Assembly: GCA_009602735.1 (NCBI GenBank)
Contig: WELA01003352.1
Coordinates: forward strand, 95,933-159,601
DNA: 63,669 nucleotides
DNA from: Mesotaenium endlicherianum
Lineage: Eukaryota
Direction of reading: 5' to 3'
The notes under the pieces: model-generated
The model's input: the letters and a program-made list of their open reading frames with translations, nothing else
Database searches by the model: none
What the model was told of the DNA's origin: nothing
Translations under genes and position numbers: made by a program
Shown here: positions 31,667 through 44,945 of the stretch, one piece after another
How positions within the stretch are numbered: position 1 is the first letter of the stretch
Layout of the letters: every line of letters starts with the position of its first letter

Positions 31667-34600
31667 GTGCATCGGCACAGAGCATGACGGGCTGCGCCTC
31701 CCCCCTCCTTGCAAACCGCAGAGCTGTCTTTTTGACACGCGCACGTTGTTAAGAATGGGACCCTTGCATCGCCATGGGGTGGGGGAATTATGTATCTAGA
31801 CCATGTTCACACTCCCAGTATGTGAAGGAAGGCGCACCTCCCCTCTTGCACCCCTCTCCTTCCTTGCCTCCCGCTCCCCCTCCCCCACCCCCCCCTCTTC
31901 CTGCCACTCCTCACCCCCCTTACCCCGGGGAACAGCTCTGTCACACGCTCATGCAAGGGGGGGGGCATAGACTCAGCTCATGAAATCCTGCTGCCTGAAT
32001 CTTCCTCTCAGTGATCTAACTGTCGACAGAAAGCGGGGGTGGCCCTTCAGCGCCTGGGTGGGTGCGTGCTCATGCAGCCCAGGAGTCCTCTGAGTCGAAG
32101 AACGCCGGGGTGCGTTTGTGTGGCAAGCCTTGCAGGGGTCATGATTGCTGCGAGCGTTCCCATACGTCTCTACCCCTACTGCTGCTGCTGCTGTCGCTGC
32201 TCCTGCTCCTGCTCCTGCTCCCTCTCCCTCACGGACCCGTTCTCCGAGTCACCTGCCAAATCTCCTCCAGTGCGCTCCTTGCATCCCTCTCTCTCTTGAT
32301 GCCCTATCTCCTCCCCCCAGGCCCACTTTGGGGGTGTCTTGCGCAACTCTCAACGCGCCACCTGGCAGCTCCTGGCCGCCTGCCGGCCCGCATCGGGCTT
32401 GTGTGGCAAACAAGCTCCCTCCTGGCAGCAACAACGCTAGCATCCCAAGTTTAGTTGTGTCTCCCTTCTTGCACGAGCAGCGCCGGCAGCGCCCCACCGA
32501 CTGACGACGCCAACGGCGACTGACACAGCCTTGTCGTCCCTTTGGCTTTCTGGTTGCTGGCGTGCTTGTGCTGGCACCACGCGGGCGGCGGTGGGGCTGA
32601 GGCGCTGCGGCTGCCGCAGGTGATAGTGCAGAGGGCGCTGGCGGCCAAGAGCATCGAGCACGGCCAGGCTGGCTGCGTCGGCGGCGGCCTCCTCAAGGTG
32701 GGTGCAAAGCTGGGGGGTGGGGTCACAAGTGGGCTGTCTTTGCTCGTGCACCCTCCCCCCGGGAAAGGGGGGGAGGGGGGGAGGGGAGGGNCGGCGGGGC
32801 AGGAGAATTGGACTGCTGTCGATGCTGTAGCCCGGTCTGTGCTTCTCAGGGTCCCGGGTTTACGCTTGGCTATGGACCGTCCGTGAGTAGGGAAGGGAGG
32901 GGGGGGGAAAGGTGGTAAAGGTAGCAGGTGTCATGTTCCAGCCCTTGGGTGCTGTCGGGGGTATGAGACTGGCAGGCGCAAGGCCTGGGGCTCAGGCCCA
33001 GGCTGAGGCTGAGGCTGAGGTTGAGGGGGGAAAAGGGACTCAGTTATGAAAGAGGGGGGGTGAAGGGACTCTGTCTCTTGTTTTCTCCCTTTCCCTCACT
33101 GGCCCGCACTCTCTCTTTTACTCTAGTCTCTGTGTGTGTGAGTGTGTGTGTGAGTGTGCATGTGCGTTTGCGGAAATTCTCTCCAAGGAAGTCGTCCGGC
33201 TTACTTTGACTTCTTTCGCCCCTTCCAGCCATTTATGGCACCTGTAAGATGCTGCCCAAACCTCTGCCTCCTTTCCACAACCGCTTACACCTGCCGCTTG
33301 TGCCTGTCTGCGCGTCGTCTATCCATCGTGCATTGTTTGGGGGGAGGAGGGGACTTTCCACCGCCGGCCACAACGCGCCAGCTGCTGCCAGGGTTCATCA
33401 TGGTGGTGCCGGGCATGGCCGCGCGCGCGCTCATGCAGGAGCGTGGGGTGGTCGCCGTGGACAGCGACAAGCAGGAGTTTGACAAGGCCTTCCCCTGGCT
33501 CGTCATGAACGGTGCTCATCCACCCCCCCCCCTCCTCCTCGGCCTACCCCTCCCTGCGCGCCGAGTCCCCCCCTTCTTCCCCCCTCCTCACTTTCTGACA
33601 GAAGGAAAGAGAGAAGAGGAGCAAAGAAGCAGAAGACAGGAGCGCATCTTGACCCCCGCCCTGCCTCCTGCTTCGGCTGCTTTTCCAGGAGCTGATGACA
33701 GAGAATTCAAGTTTACGATCCAGTGCGGGAATGAAGGGTACATAAAAGCAAGCTCTGGGGGAACACCGGGGGACGAGGGCGACAGCGAGAATGGAAGGAA
33801 CAGGAGAGAGAGGGATCGCGCTCTTTGCACTGGTGCGCGCTGTTCTCTCGTTGAGCAGTCCAACCGCAGGGAGTCCGACACAACCGGCTTGGCTTCCTCG
33901 GCGAGCGTGCGGAGAAGACGGCTTGGCAACTGGTGTGGGTCCTGCGATGCTGTGTGACGCCAGGTGGCATAGTTGGCCCCACGGAGTCTTCCTGGTGTCA
34001 GGTGCCCGCTCGTGTCCGCCCGGCCCTCTGAAAGCTGGAGCGCATGAGAAAGCGGAATGCACCTGCAGGACCCAGGTGTCGTTAGCCTGCAATTTTCTCT
34101 GACTACTGGGTGACTCCTCAGCCGGAGTAGTCGTTGCGGAGAGTGACGGACAGATCCCCTGTGGGCAGAGTCAGGTGCTTCCTGAGAGATTAAATGTACC
34201 AGCGTGTGGTGCCTGCCTCCTTCACATCATCACGGGTGCGACTCTTCTGAGGAGCTCGCCTCTCGAGGCTGATACTGGAACGTAGGGCAGACGCTTGCCC
34301 ACGAGCGTCTGTGAAGCGATGGAGTGCAGGCCTTCACAAGGCCTGGACGTGATGGCTGGCCGCCATGACGCTCTGTCGCTACCTTCTCAAGGGCCTTGAA
34401 TGCTGACAGCAACAAGCTGTCATCGCACCTGCTTCTCCAGTTCTTTCTTCTCTGCGACTGAAAGTTTTGCGCCCACTCCGTCTTCTGTCCATTTTTATTG
34501 CTGGGGTTTAAGTTACTGATGGAAAGCAGCTCTGCTTTTCCCGGCCTGTGAAAACCAGGAAATATCTAGAACTCTAGACCTGCCAACTTGGGGAGTGCAT

Positions 34601-37210
34601 GCGGCGCTTGTATTTGACCCGCTCAAGGTTGCTCGCTTACTTGCCGTGCGCACACGTGTGTGTGCATGTCTGCGCGCGCTTTGCTGCAGTGATGCCAAAG
34701 AACACGCGCGGGCTGATCATTGCGGCCATGATGTCGGCGCTGATGTCGTCGCTTGCCTCCGTCTTCAACTCCTCCGCCACCATCTTCACCATGAACGTGT
34801 ACGCGCGCCTGCGCCCGCGCGCGCCCGAGGCCGAGCTCGTCTGGACCGGCCGCGCCACCGTGGTGGCCGTCGCCGTGCTCTCCATCCTGTGGCTGCCCCT
34901 CATCCCGCTCTTCGGCGAGCAGCTCTTCCTCTACATCCAGAAGCCGCCCGCCTTCGTGGCGCCGCCCATCTTTGCCATCTTCCTGTGGGGGCTGCTCTGC
35001 CGGTGGGTCACCAACGCGGGCGCCTGCTGGGGGCTCTCCATCGGCGTCGGTGTCGGGATGGCCCGGTGAGTGGGTCAACCCCCCACTCAACAGCCCCGCC
35101 CGTGCTCTCCAGTGGAGTCGATTTTGCGTCAGGGCTCCTTTTTTTGCTTTTCTTTCCTTGTGTATGGTGCCTTTCTTTGCTAGGGTTGGGCTTAGCTTCG
35201 GTACAAGTTGGGGTTGGGAATGGCGCTGCATGAGAGGGTAGCGCGTTGTGTGAGCATCACCATTCTTCCACCTGTCCGAACTCAAGGGAGCTCTCACCCG
35301 GATGTGGGGTTGACTCTGAGGACCGGTCCCCCAAGAGAGGAGCCTTGCAGACTTGCACACTTGCACTCACCTGCCGGCACATATGCGCACACGCACACTT
35401 GCACGCCTGCACACCATACGCATGCACGCATGCACACCTGCACACACATATAACCACTTGCAGATGTCTGCGTGCACGCCACGCGCATGCGCGGGGGGAG
35501 TTCGGAAGTCCCGAATTCTTGTGATTTCCTCCCACTCTGACTCATCTTTAGCTCGTCTCTCCACCTCACATTGTGCATGCGTGCACGAACGCCTCGCGCA
35601 CGCGCTGCTCTGTGTGCGTGCTGACATTTGGCGTGTTCTCGCATGCGAGTTTGTGTCGTCCCTCTCAGAAAGGGTGCCCTCCCATCTCTCCTCTGCCCAT
35701 CTCTCCTGTAATCGACAGCAATATGCTCCTCAGCTGGGAAGCCCTCTCTGTGAGAGGGATGGGCGACACCTGGACAGCTTGTGAGGGCTCTTTGCGGGGA
35801 AGACGCAGGCGATATGTCTGGCCAATGCGTGTGCCCCCTAGTACTCTCGACGATCCGAATACAGGGAACTTCCATCACGCCCAACTCCTCTTCCAAAGCT
35901 CCATCTTCAATCGTCCAACTCTTGGGCTGTGATAGCAACAAAATAGCAACAGTAATAGCAACAGCAGCTTCTGTCTGTGACGTGTCTTGCCAACGTGCAA
36001 CAATCCCTCCCCTATGGCTGCAGGTTCCTCCTGGAGATTGTGGACACGGTGCTGGGAGAGCACGAGGGACCGCTGCACTCCTTCGTGTCCTTCAACTTCC
36101 TGCACTTTGCGGCCGTCAACTTTGTGTTCAGCAGCGCCATCATCCTGGGGGTCAGCCTGGCCTTCCCCGAGGACAGGCAGTGGGGGGTAAAACCTCCTTC
36201 CCTTGCACTTTCTCTCCTTCTGCAGGTTGTATGCTCGTCCCCTGTAGCGATGCTTGCTGATGCGTCTGCCACGCACTTCCTCCTGCAGCCCCCTTGTTTG
36301 GGTGATTGTTCTCTGTTGATTTGGGTGATTTGTTCTTACTTCTCGTATCAGGCAACCTGCACAGATTTTCCTACCATGCACACCCACACACTGTGCAGAC
36401 AGACAGTGAAGTATGGCACACTTTTGCGCTAGAAGTCCCCTCACGATGTCCGCTGCCGTGTGGCTGCTTGATGCCCGTGTGCTCCCGTTGTCTGCGCAGG
36501 AGGAGGATCAGAAGGTGATGTGGAAGAGGGGGCTGTACGAAGAGCTCATGCGCGAGGAAGACCAGGGGGCGTGGACGCAGCTGCAAGGCAACGCACAGGC
36601 AGCCTCGGGAGAAGAGAAAGAGGGCATTGGGTTTGAGCACAGTGTTGAACGCAGGGGAGGGACTGGGGCGCCGGCAAGCTACCAGCAAGCCTCTGCTTGG
36701 ACAGAGCTGGAGCTCTCCGCATTCAGCGATGACTCGGACGACGAAGAGGGGGCAGGCGGGGGGCAGGGTGGCGAGGGGAGGGAGGCTGGGCCAGGCAGGG
36801 GGCGCAAGGGCAAGGGCAAGGCGGGCAGGAGCGAGGCCGAGACTCTGCTTGCCGGCGGCGAAATCCGGAGTGACGAATTTATCGGTGCATTGGCACCGCT
36901 GGATGTGATGAGCCTGAGCGGTGGGGGCGCGCGCGTGCTAGATGGCAAGACGATGGGCCCCGGAGACGAAGCCAGAAGCTTGATAGGTGGCGTGCAAGAG
37001 GCGCACGGGGCGCATGTCGATACTGGGAGCACAGTGCAGGATGTAGAGATGCAGTCGCATGCGCACAGCACTCTGCATGCGGGCTTGGGAGGAGCTTGCT
37101 GTAAGATAGGGAGTTTGACGGGCACCCCCCAGAGACGCAAGATGATTATCAATGCTGTGGGAGTCTTAGTGGCTGTTTGTTGGCTGTCTGTAATAACAGC
37201 ATTCCGATGA
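27727..37210 (+). CDS. Sodium:solute symporter (SSS/SLC5 family), SGLT/SMIT-like sugar or inositol transporter (~747 aa). Exons 27727-27989, 29315-29525, 30050-30276, 31032-31116, 32620-32697, 33382-33511, 34690-35065, 36024-36186, 36500-37210
   Basis: [109 protein letters not shown]. Nine exons sum to 2244 nt, in frame. Confidence 0.92.
31529..31664. repeat. (CT)n microsatellite (~135 bp, contains one n) in a symporter intron
   Basis: Direct reading. Confidence 0.97.
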
Positions 37211-37670
37211 ACTCATCAAATTAATGATGCCCCCAAGCAATACTATCTGCCTTGATTTTGCTTGTGCACAACGCGAATTTTCCTTGCGGGGTAACCTCTG
37301 TTGAGGTAATTATTTTCGCAAATGAGTCTGCTGCTGACATAATTGTTGAAAAGGAATGAACACACATGCTATCTTGGTTGCAAATTGATGATTCGACGAC
37401 TGCACTTCATGTATGAAGACAATGCCACAGGCGGGATGTCAAGTTGATATCGTCTTTGTAACGTGTACCAGTTTAGACATTGAGATCATCTTAAAGTTGG
37501 CACTTAGTGAGGTCATTGTCACTGACAAATACAAAATACCAGCATACTATATGCATTGTGATAGTAGCACATTTATATAGCTATATAACGTCTTAGCTAG
37601 ATCAAATACATCAACTTTGAGCCATGTCCGCTCCTTCACATGCACAGGCTGTTGAAGGAGGTTCAATTGC

Positions 37671-40438
37671 TTAAGCGCGCAGAAGCACAACAGCAACAGA
37701 ATCAAGCTTTGCGCTCAGAAACCTTTGTGGCTGCTGCTGTGTCTGCTCCAACATCTTGTTGGAGAAAGCCTCGGCGCCTTCCTCGCCAATGACAGCCCTC
37801 ACAGTGGGCCTCATAACCGCCAGTAACATACCTGCAATTTGCTTGGCCTTTGCCTGTAAGAAGGCACAATGAAGCCCACACAAACATTCTCAAAACATGG
37901 AGTAAATCCAAATAGCTCGAAAGGTGAAGTGGATGCGACCTCTCCGCTAAGAAAGTCTCCCTTGACCGAAAACAACTTCACCCAGGACTTGCTTCCTGAT
38001 CTCGTCAAGTTTGGGGTCAGATCGATCTGCGGGTCAAGTTTCCACACCCCCTCCCCTCACCACTCACCAAGTTTGCATCCTTGCTAGTTATTCATAACAT
38101 ATTCACCAATAGATGGTTCAACCCCAGGCACCAACAAAAAAGATGCATTTGGTCTAAAGTGACTACTGTTCAGAGAACGAGAGAAACTCCGCAGCTGCGT
38201 CTCAAATCCGGCCCTCCACGCAGGAAAAGCGCATAGATGCTGCAACATGAAGAAGGAGAACAAACGGGCGTCATGGCTAGCAGGGACCGTGACACTGAAG
38301 CAGAGCAAAAGTGACTCTCGAAGAGGCCAAGCACTTCAGTTGTCGTGTAGAGGTACCTCAGGCGCGAGTGCAGGTTCAAAGAAGTCTGAGTACTCAATCA
38401 TCTTCAAGACCTTCACAGAGAAGAGCCCATTGACAGCATCAACAGCAGCCTGGATATCCTCAGGGCTGCGATCATAGAAGGGCATGTTGAACTTGTCCAG
38501 CGAGTCTTGGCTCAGCTTCCCCTCTTCAATCAACGCCTGCAAGAATGGAAGACACAAGAAGAGCAAAGCCTTCAGTAGATAGTGTGTAAAAGAGGAAAAT
38601 CAACATTTTCTTTTGTTCTCTCGTCGAAACACTTCACGAGAATCTGCATGTCATATGGAGCAAAGGGAAGTGTGATAAGATTCAATTGCAAATAGGAAGC
38701 ACCCAGGTCAACAACATTCACTATAATGCAAACGGGAGAAAATATGCTCGAACGCACCAACAGTATATGACTCATCAACAACTGAAACAGTACTAGTCAG
38801 TAGAAGCCAGCCTGCCAGAAAGGAAGTTCCATCAACAATCAAAACGTCATACTCTCTGTACGTGTGTGAGAACCTAGGGCAGCACAAATTTGAAAGATAA
38901 GATGCAGCGACCCATCACCTCCAATACCGAGTCAGAAATTGTCTTAATCTGGAGAAGACAACGCGTAAGGTGTCTCACCTCCTTGGAAAGGAGAATGCTC
39001 CACACAGATACGCACCACAAAGATCAAGTAAGAAGAGCGTACCTGCCAGGCGTCGACGTTGACATCCGGAAAGTCTTCGCCACAATCTCCAAGCATGAGC
39101 ATCCACAGGAGGCCTCCAGACACAAGCTCATTGGCCCTCATCCGCAGAAAGGTGCAAAGATCATCATGAGCCTGCCTATCCAGAAGAGGACAGTCCACAG
39201 GACGGCTCCCATGGAGGCAGTAAGTGCAAGTCCTATTCGAGTTGAAAGTTTGACAGATGTGCTAGCACTTCAGTCGCTTTTATTTTTGTCTCAATCTGGT
39301 AGTGGAAAGCAACTGCGCAGAAACTGGAGGGACATATTGACTGCGTATCGCAATGATTGAAGACGCAAAAGAAAAAATTTCAGCACTTGTTCAGTGTACT
39401 TGGATCTTAAGAGAACTGGGGCCACCTGCTGCAGCACCATTCAATTACTCTAAGAAGAACTGCTGTCAAAGGCCCCAAGTACTTCAATTGTTCCGCACCA
39501 GCACAAGGAAGTCATATTGTGGGCGTGAATGGCATGAGATTTGGCAACATCCTTACTTGTGCACAAAATGCTTCCCTCACAGGTCCACCAATGACAGAGG
39601 AAGGAGGGCGGATGCGGCCTTTGTTCTCCAGTTTTCCACTTGTCAGAAGGTCTGGCACCCTTGAGAGGAAGTGAAGGGCTGTAGAGGACATGGCTAGGTG
39701 GAGTGCTTGTGATGGAAAGAGTTGGCTGTAGAAAGAGCCAGAGACTCCAGCAGCGAAGAACCTTGCATTGGATGGAGGTCTATCGCTAGTCATAACCTCA
39801 GAGAGGATTTTGTGGAAGTTGACTGTGGAGATGTCACAGCTACTATTAGAGTGCATCTCAGGAGGCAGCTGTCTAGAGGACTGGGGGGGGGCAGGAAACA
39901 GTCGGAGGAGTGTATTGAAGTCGTTTGATGGGAGGTCTGAGAAGTAGGCCATTATCTGCATATTGCCAACTTTTGAGTCTTGCATCCTTTGGTCTGGCTG
40001 GGAAGACATGAGGAAGGCAGAGTGACAGTGGTGAAGGACCTCTGTCACACAATTCATCTGCCATGTTTGCGACGTGCTGCAGACAACGATGAGAAACGGC
40101 ACCTTTGGTACAATCTTGTCTCAAGCAGTCAGCAAACATTTGGCTATTTGAGGATCTGGCACATGCATGCGGCATGGCAGAGAAAAGTTGCAAGCGCAAG
40201 TAAATAGCCACCGGTAGCATACCTGCAAGATGGTGTTCACGCTAGAGGAGCACCCAAGGTCAGCAACATGAAAAATGCGATCCTTATTTTTACTATTCAA
40301 TAGGTGAAATGACTCCTTGAGTTCATCCAGCAACAGGGGTGCAGCTTGTGCCCACATCATTCTTTGCACCTTTGACTGAGCAGCATAGCTGTTTTCAGCT
40401 AAGCCTCCTTCCATGGCTGCCATACGGATAGGACACAT
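37671..40438 (-). CDS. SABATH-family methyltransferase, copy 2 (~402 aa). Exons 40438-40223, 40057-39557, 39171-39043, 38536-38357, 37853-37671
   Basis: MEGGLAENSYAAQS, VADLGCSS, SDLPSNDFNTLL, FFAAGVSGSFYSQLFP. Exons 2-5 have the same lengths as in copy 1 (501, 129, 180, 183 nt). Confidence 0.93.
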
Positions 40439-42685
40439 CTCAACGACTTGTATGTCACTTTACAAAGAAGATACTTTTGCAAAGAAGTTAACTGCACACT
40501 CCCCTACTAAGACTGTAGGCTGGAACCACAAGTTTAATGCAACAAAATTTTATTCCGCTTTCAGCTTTTCACAGTGCTAGGTACTGCTTCTCAAATATAC
40601 ATTGGTCTCCAAGAATGAACATCAGAGTCCAGCCTGAGACAGCGACAGCCACCAAGGCGATTTTTCCCAGGCAGCACCATACACCACGATTACCGATATC
40701 GGGATGGTAGCCATTTCGCGTTCCTCTTGTGGTGGAAAACCACGAACTTCATTTAAAAAACTTGTCCAGATGCTACATCCAGCTGAAGCGTTGGTGCTAG
40801 CTCAAAGACCAAATACGTTCTTAATGTCACATTTGTCCTCGAAGATACCGAAACTACTAACGTATTATCCTCGTTCGCATCTCGTTCCCATGTACAAAAA
40901 GCGTTAATCTGGTTCATATAGCTGCACCTTGATACCAAGTGAGAAGACACTTGGCTAGCGTCGTGACCTAGGCTTTGCATTACATTGCATGCATGGCTGT
41001 TTATTGATATGCATGATGCAAGTGGAAACCAGCACACGACACTTAAGTCTGCTTTAGTTAGTCAGCGCTTGCCACATGACAAGCTCTTATATGGGGGGTA
41101 CGTCATCGTGGTGCATGGGGGCACGAAGCACTTCGCAGAATTGACCGTAATGTCGCCTCTAGTTTGAGATTTCACAGTCGCATTCAGTCGCCGTTCACCG
41201 CTCAGGGACAGTCGAGTTGGCTCTAATTTAGTCGCAATTAGTAATCCGCGATGGATGACAGCATCCATGAATGCCACTACGATAAATTTGGCAGCTGCGT
41301 GGTGGATGTATTTCTGCACTCGAGAGCTAAACTACTCCGTGCCTTGCATCAATAGTGTTCATGCGCAAGGGGTGGAGCATTGCTTGATCATGCTGCAGCC
41401 CACTACTGACGGAGTTGCACAAGTAGATCGACTGGACCTCGTTCCTTGGTAGCTATTAGAAGCTTTCTTTTTCACAGCTTTCTGCTTCAGTGGAAAGCCG
41501 ATGACTGAGGCGAAGTGCATTCAGCATATCCCTTGCGTTTGTGTTCGGTGCATGTTTTGTCAAGGCGCACAATTCTGCAATATCCGGAAGCCAGGGACTC
41601 TTCTCGTCGACAGTTTTTTATTCAAAGCTTGAAAGGCTTTCGTATCTCTCATATGCTACGGCTGTCGTGAAGCTCTTCCCTCTACTCACCATGTTCTGAG
41701 CTGGGAGAAGTTTATAAAACATCCGTACCCAGTCTTCATGAAAGGGCAGGGCATTCTTGGAGGGCTAGCAGCAGAAGGACAAGGGGAGGTAATCATGCGG
41801 TTGTCACTGCCACATATTCACGTGGTAGATACGGTGATGACGAGAAGAATGGACCAGCTAGGAACGGGTGGTAGAGCAACTGGGGTGTTCTCTAGTGAGA
41901 ATGGCCTTCTCAGTAACGCTGCAGGCAATCGCTGCGGGGCAATCGGTGCAAGTTGTTCAGCAGGGAAAAGACCTAGGGCCCTAGCCCCAGAATGGTGGCT
42001 GTGGAAGATGCCTTGAAAGCGGTGGAGCCTCCAATTGCAGGGATGAAAACGGAAGCTGCTAAGGGCGCTGTGAACAGGGTGGCCATGAAAGACGCAGCTA
42101 AGGGCTTGGAAGCTTTGAATGGGAGGCCATGTTTCCGTCTCCACGTCCTGCCCTCTCCTTCTGGCAATTTCCGTGACGGCCCAGCAGCAAAGGTGTACAG
42201 TCACGTCTGCCAATTCATGGAAACATACACTGTCAGTTAGATTGCCGGCAGTAGTAGTAGGAAGGGGGGCCTGGCTACTGTGGGTGGGGCTCATGCCTGA
42301 GGCAGCAGAAGGGAACAGCGCAGCAGCCATACTTCTGAGAGTAACACGCGCTTCCCCCAAGCAGCAGCAGCCGTAGCAGCACCAGCAGTAGCAGCAGTAG
42401 GGGCAGCAGCAGCAGCAGCAGAGGAGGAACTGCTAGGGACCTGCTGGGAAGAGTGGGAACAGCAACTGGGGAGCAGCCCAGGTGGGGATGCACTACTTGC
42501 CAGCAGCAGAAGCTGTGCGGTAAATGGTGGCGGCCGGCAGAGTTCTGGCGACCAGGGATTCTCTCCCCCCCCGGTCAGCGCTAGGTGTAGAACAGGCCCC
42601 GCAAAGGGAAGGATGCAAGGGGGGGCTGCCATGGGGGGCTGCCAGGGGGGGTGTCATAGACCTCCCCCCCCACCCGCAAACGCAG

Positions 42686-44945
42686 GTTGACCCTCGTGGG
42701 GGAGGAAACTACAGGTGCTCTTCAAATAAGCATATTGGATGGGCTCAAGAGAATCACAAAAAGATCCTGCGCAGCATTGGACGCCTGGACTCTCATAATG
42801 GCCCTGGCGCCCGTGGCTCTACTGTGCAGTCGCCACGTGCCCAAGCCTGGGGCCTTCTCGAGGAGAAGCAGGTACATCTCTCTTTTGGCGAATGCACCTG
42901 CAGGGTACCTCTTGTATCTGTCTGTGGAAGACTAATGTTCTATTCCTCCAGCACCCCCCCATATCACCCCCCCCNNNNNNNNNNNNNNNNNNNNNNNNNN
43001 NNNNNNNNNNNNNNNNNNNNNNNNNNNNNNNNNNNNNNNNNNNNNNNNNNNNNNNNNNNNNNNNNNNNNNNNNNNNNNNNNNNNNNNNNNNNNNNNNNNN
43101 NNNNNNNNNNNNNNNNNNNNNNNNNNNNNNNNNNNNNNNNNNNNNNNNNNNNNNNNNNNNNNNNNNNNNNNNNNNNNNNNNNNNNNNNNNNNNNNNNNNN
43201 NNNNNNNNNNNNNNNNNNNNNNNNNNNNNNNNNNNNNNNNNNNNNNNNNNNNNNNNNNNNNNNNNNNNNNNNNNNNNNNNNNNNNNNNNNNNNNNNNNNN
43301 NNNNNNNNNNNNNNNNNNNNNNNNNNNNNNNNNNNNNNNNNNNNNNNNNNNNNNNNNNNNNNNNNNNNNNNNNNNNNNNNNNNNNNNNNNNNNNNNNNNN
43401 NNNNNNNNNNNNNNNNNNNNNNNNNNNNNNNNNNNNNNNNNNNNNNNNNNNNNNNNNNNNNNNNNNNNNNNNNNNNNNNNNNNNNNNNNNNNNNNNNNNN
43501 NNNNNNNNNNNNNNNNNNNNNNNNNNNNNNNNNNNNNNNNNNNNNNNNNNNNNNNNNNNNNNNCCCGACCCCCCCTTCTTCCCCTGCCATACTCCATGAA
43601 AGCCCAGTCACGAGCTTATCAAGCCCTTCACAAGTTTGCAAGCCCTTCTCCTCTTCCTTTGATGAGCATCGGGCTCTGTGTGAGTACGCACATACTGCCT
43701 GCAAACAATACGAAGTAGTGATTAGACAGAAAGAGCCAGAAGGATAGAACGGACAGAAGGGAAGGGGGGCGGTTTGGGGGGGGAATGGTGTCGTTGGAAC
43801 ACCTGGGAGAAAGACTACTGGAGACAAATCTAGTACCAATACATTCTTTTGCAGCACCTTCTTTGTCACACCTTCTTCTCAACTCTTCTCGACTCCCAGA
43901 CTCCCCTCGCCACGAGCTTTCGGGGGGATATTTGACACATAGTAGAGGCCAGGTGTCTGAATGTGCTGTTTGACGAGGGCAGTGGACTAGAGGGGTGAAA
44001 TAGGGGCGCAAGTGCTCTTCTTTCCTCTTTCTCTTATCCGCCCTCTGGTGTGGGGCAGAAGTCAATTTGAGCCAAACTTCGGCCGTCAATGTCTGCCGTA
44101 AGCGATGGGTACTTCTCCCTTTACCTTGGTGTGCTGTCTGGGGCCAGCAGCTCAGCACCTGTGCCCAAGGGGATTGAACGCGGGTGGAAGAGGAGGGGGA
44201 GGGAATTCACTAGCAGCGCCGGAGTTATGGTTGTGGTTGTGGTAGTGATTGATTTGGGCTGGTCATGGAGGAGGCCCCACCTCCCCTCACACGGCACCGT
44301 ATTTTTCCGAAGACATGAGGACTGCTGGAGATGAACGGTGGTGCACGCGTAGATGGGGGTTGATGAGTCGGCTGTTCTCACCTAAGAGTATCCATAGGAA
44401 AAGTAAGAGGAAGGAAGTCAGCTATGTAGTCCACTCCGAGTGTCGAATCCCGGACATGGGCGTAGTGATGGGGACTAGGAAGGGGCACTTGAGAAATGCA
44501 AGATTCACAGATGCCCTTCCCCTTTTCTGTCGTTAATCGATGCACTGTTCACACATGTCCCCTTTCTCCCGTGCACGTGCCCCTCTGCTCGTTCCTGGCC
44601 TGCAACTCGCTCGCCTTCCCGTCTGACATTCTTCTGTAGAAACGGTTTTTTCCCTGGCCGTTTGCGCAGAAAAAGAGAGCAACGGAGGTTCGGGGTGTGG
44701 GTCCAGAAAAAAGCTGCCCTGTAGCTGGGGGGGCTATGTTCTTGAAGCTGGGACAGTTGTCACTTGCTCGCTCAGATCTGCTGCCAAACACATTTCTGGA
44801 GGAGCTGCTGAAGCCTGAAGGCAACAATGCTTCGTCCTTCCCGGAAAGATCGGTCAGCTTCATGGAGCCGGGATACTGGCAGACGATATTTGAGCTGTCA
44901 GCTGAATTTGCGCGTGCATTCGTCACCACCGCGAGCCTGGGCCAG
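42686..44945 (+). pseudogene. ABC1K7: Degenerate ABC1 (UbiB) atypical kinase gene, ABC1K7-like. Remnant exons 42686-42871 and 44670-44945; a possible first-exon remnant lies at ~41740-42230
   Basis: Pieces EELQVL/SNKHIGWAQENHKKILRSI/DAWTLIMAL...WGLLEEKQ| and QRRFGVWVQKKAAL*LG/MFLKLGQLSLARSDLLPNTFLEELLK...TASLGQ| follow plant ABC1K7 (WADENY..RSIDVWSF...EEKQ; LQLGPTFIKLGQLSSTRSDL...AASLGQ) only with frameshifts and a TAG at 44722-44724. No intact kinase core is seen downstream. Confidence 0.75.
42975..43563. other. Assembly gap (N run)
   Basis: Run of n. Confidence 0.99.

Noticed and set aside
30555..31799. 414-aa ORF and opposite-strand RERE ORF
   Set aside because: Intronic sequence of the symporter spanning a (CT)n microsatellite; no recognisable domain
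36176..36180. Possible GC-AG donor at the end of symporter exon 8
   Set aside because: It gives a stop soon after the 36500 acceptor, whereas the GT donor after 36186 keeps the frame
27727..37210. High GC in symporter exons as evidence of horizontal transfer
   Set aside because: NUP98 and TADA exons are similarly GC-rich, so composition is uninformative
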